DNA of 64,000 nt from an uncultured Candidatus Rokubacteria bacterium. Its GTDB lineage: Bacteria; Methylomirabilota; Methylomirabilia; Rokubacteriales; CSP1-6. The first letter of the stretch is position 1, and each line of letters starts with the position of its first letter. Under the pieces are notes generated by a model. It had not been told where the DNA came from and made no database searches. It saw only the letters and a list, made by a program, of their open reading frames with translations. This document shows positions 63,776 to 64,000 of this stretch, piece by piece. Location: NCBI GenBank assembly GCA_963747235.1, contig CAVVEU010000024.1:320001-384000 (forward strand). Reading direction: 5' to 3'. The position numbers and the translations under genes were made by a program.

Positions 63776-64000
63776 CAGGCGGCCTCGGAGCGGATGCGCG
63801 GGTCGAGCGCCGCGTAGGCCAGGTCCACCAGCAGGTTCACGGTGACGAAGATCAGCGAGACCACCAGCACCACGCCCTGCACCACCGGGAAGTCCCGGTT
63901 GAAGATCGCCTCCACGACGAGGCGCCCGATGCCGGGCCAGGCGAAGATGGTCTCGGTCACCACCGCGCCGCCCAGGAGCTGGGCGAACTGCAGGCCGAGC
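63775..64000 (-). CDS. Peptide ABC permease (DppB-like), C-terminal part
   Basis: LLGGAVVTETIFAWPGIG, RDFPVVQG, NLLVDLAYAALDPRIR. Confidence 0.9.
   Translation of the reverse strand, partial: LGLQFAQLLGGAVVTETIFAWPGIGRLVVEAIFNRDFPVVQGVVLVVSLIFVTVNLLVDLAYAALDPRIRSEAA

Overview
A 64-kb, very GC-rich chromosomal window from a Gram-negative bacterium. Gene order and style suggest Ca. Rokubacteria/Methylomirabilota, which is an inference only. The assembly carries many single-base indels (mostly insertions) that break at least 15 genes, including lepA, clpB and coxB. Content in order: ntrY-like kinase, DUF4390 and lpxC; a lepA-lepB-hemW-hrcA-grpE-dnaJ-prmA-rsmE-archease cluster lacking dnaK; a nucleotide-sugar operon; a complete caa3-type cytochrome c oxidase operon with heme O/A synthesis; an acyl-CoA dehydrogenase pair; an aromatic-acid cluster (aryl-CoA ligase, thioesterase, LigB-type dioxygenase, ABC importer); a TRAP transporter; assorted hydrolases; a divergent puuD-like/ggt pair; a DUF222-HNH element; a large GAF protein; MFS, two receivers and phoX; dnaJ2-clpB; hydantoinase A/B plus formamidase; and a truncated peptide ABC permease. 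No tRNA, rRNA or CRISPR array was seen. Most notable observations: (1) the ~810-aa GAF protein appears to hide a divergent class III nucleotidyl-cyclase domain split by a long insertion; (2) a sigma54 promoter with paired inverted enhancer boxes upstream of lpxC; (3) a 23-bp symmetric bidirectional promoter that could drive two leaderless genes, with leaderless architecture common across the window; (4) CIRCE-less heat-shock promoters sharing an 11-mer, one followed by an all-hairpin 5' UTR; (5) three coupled genes that seem to start at near-cognate codons.
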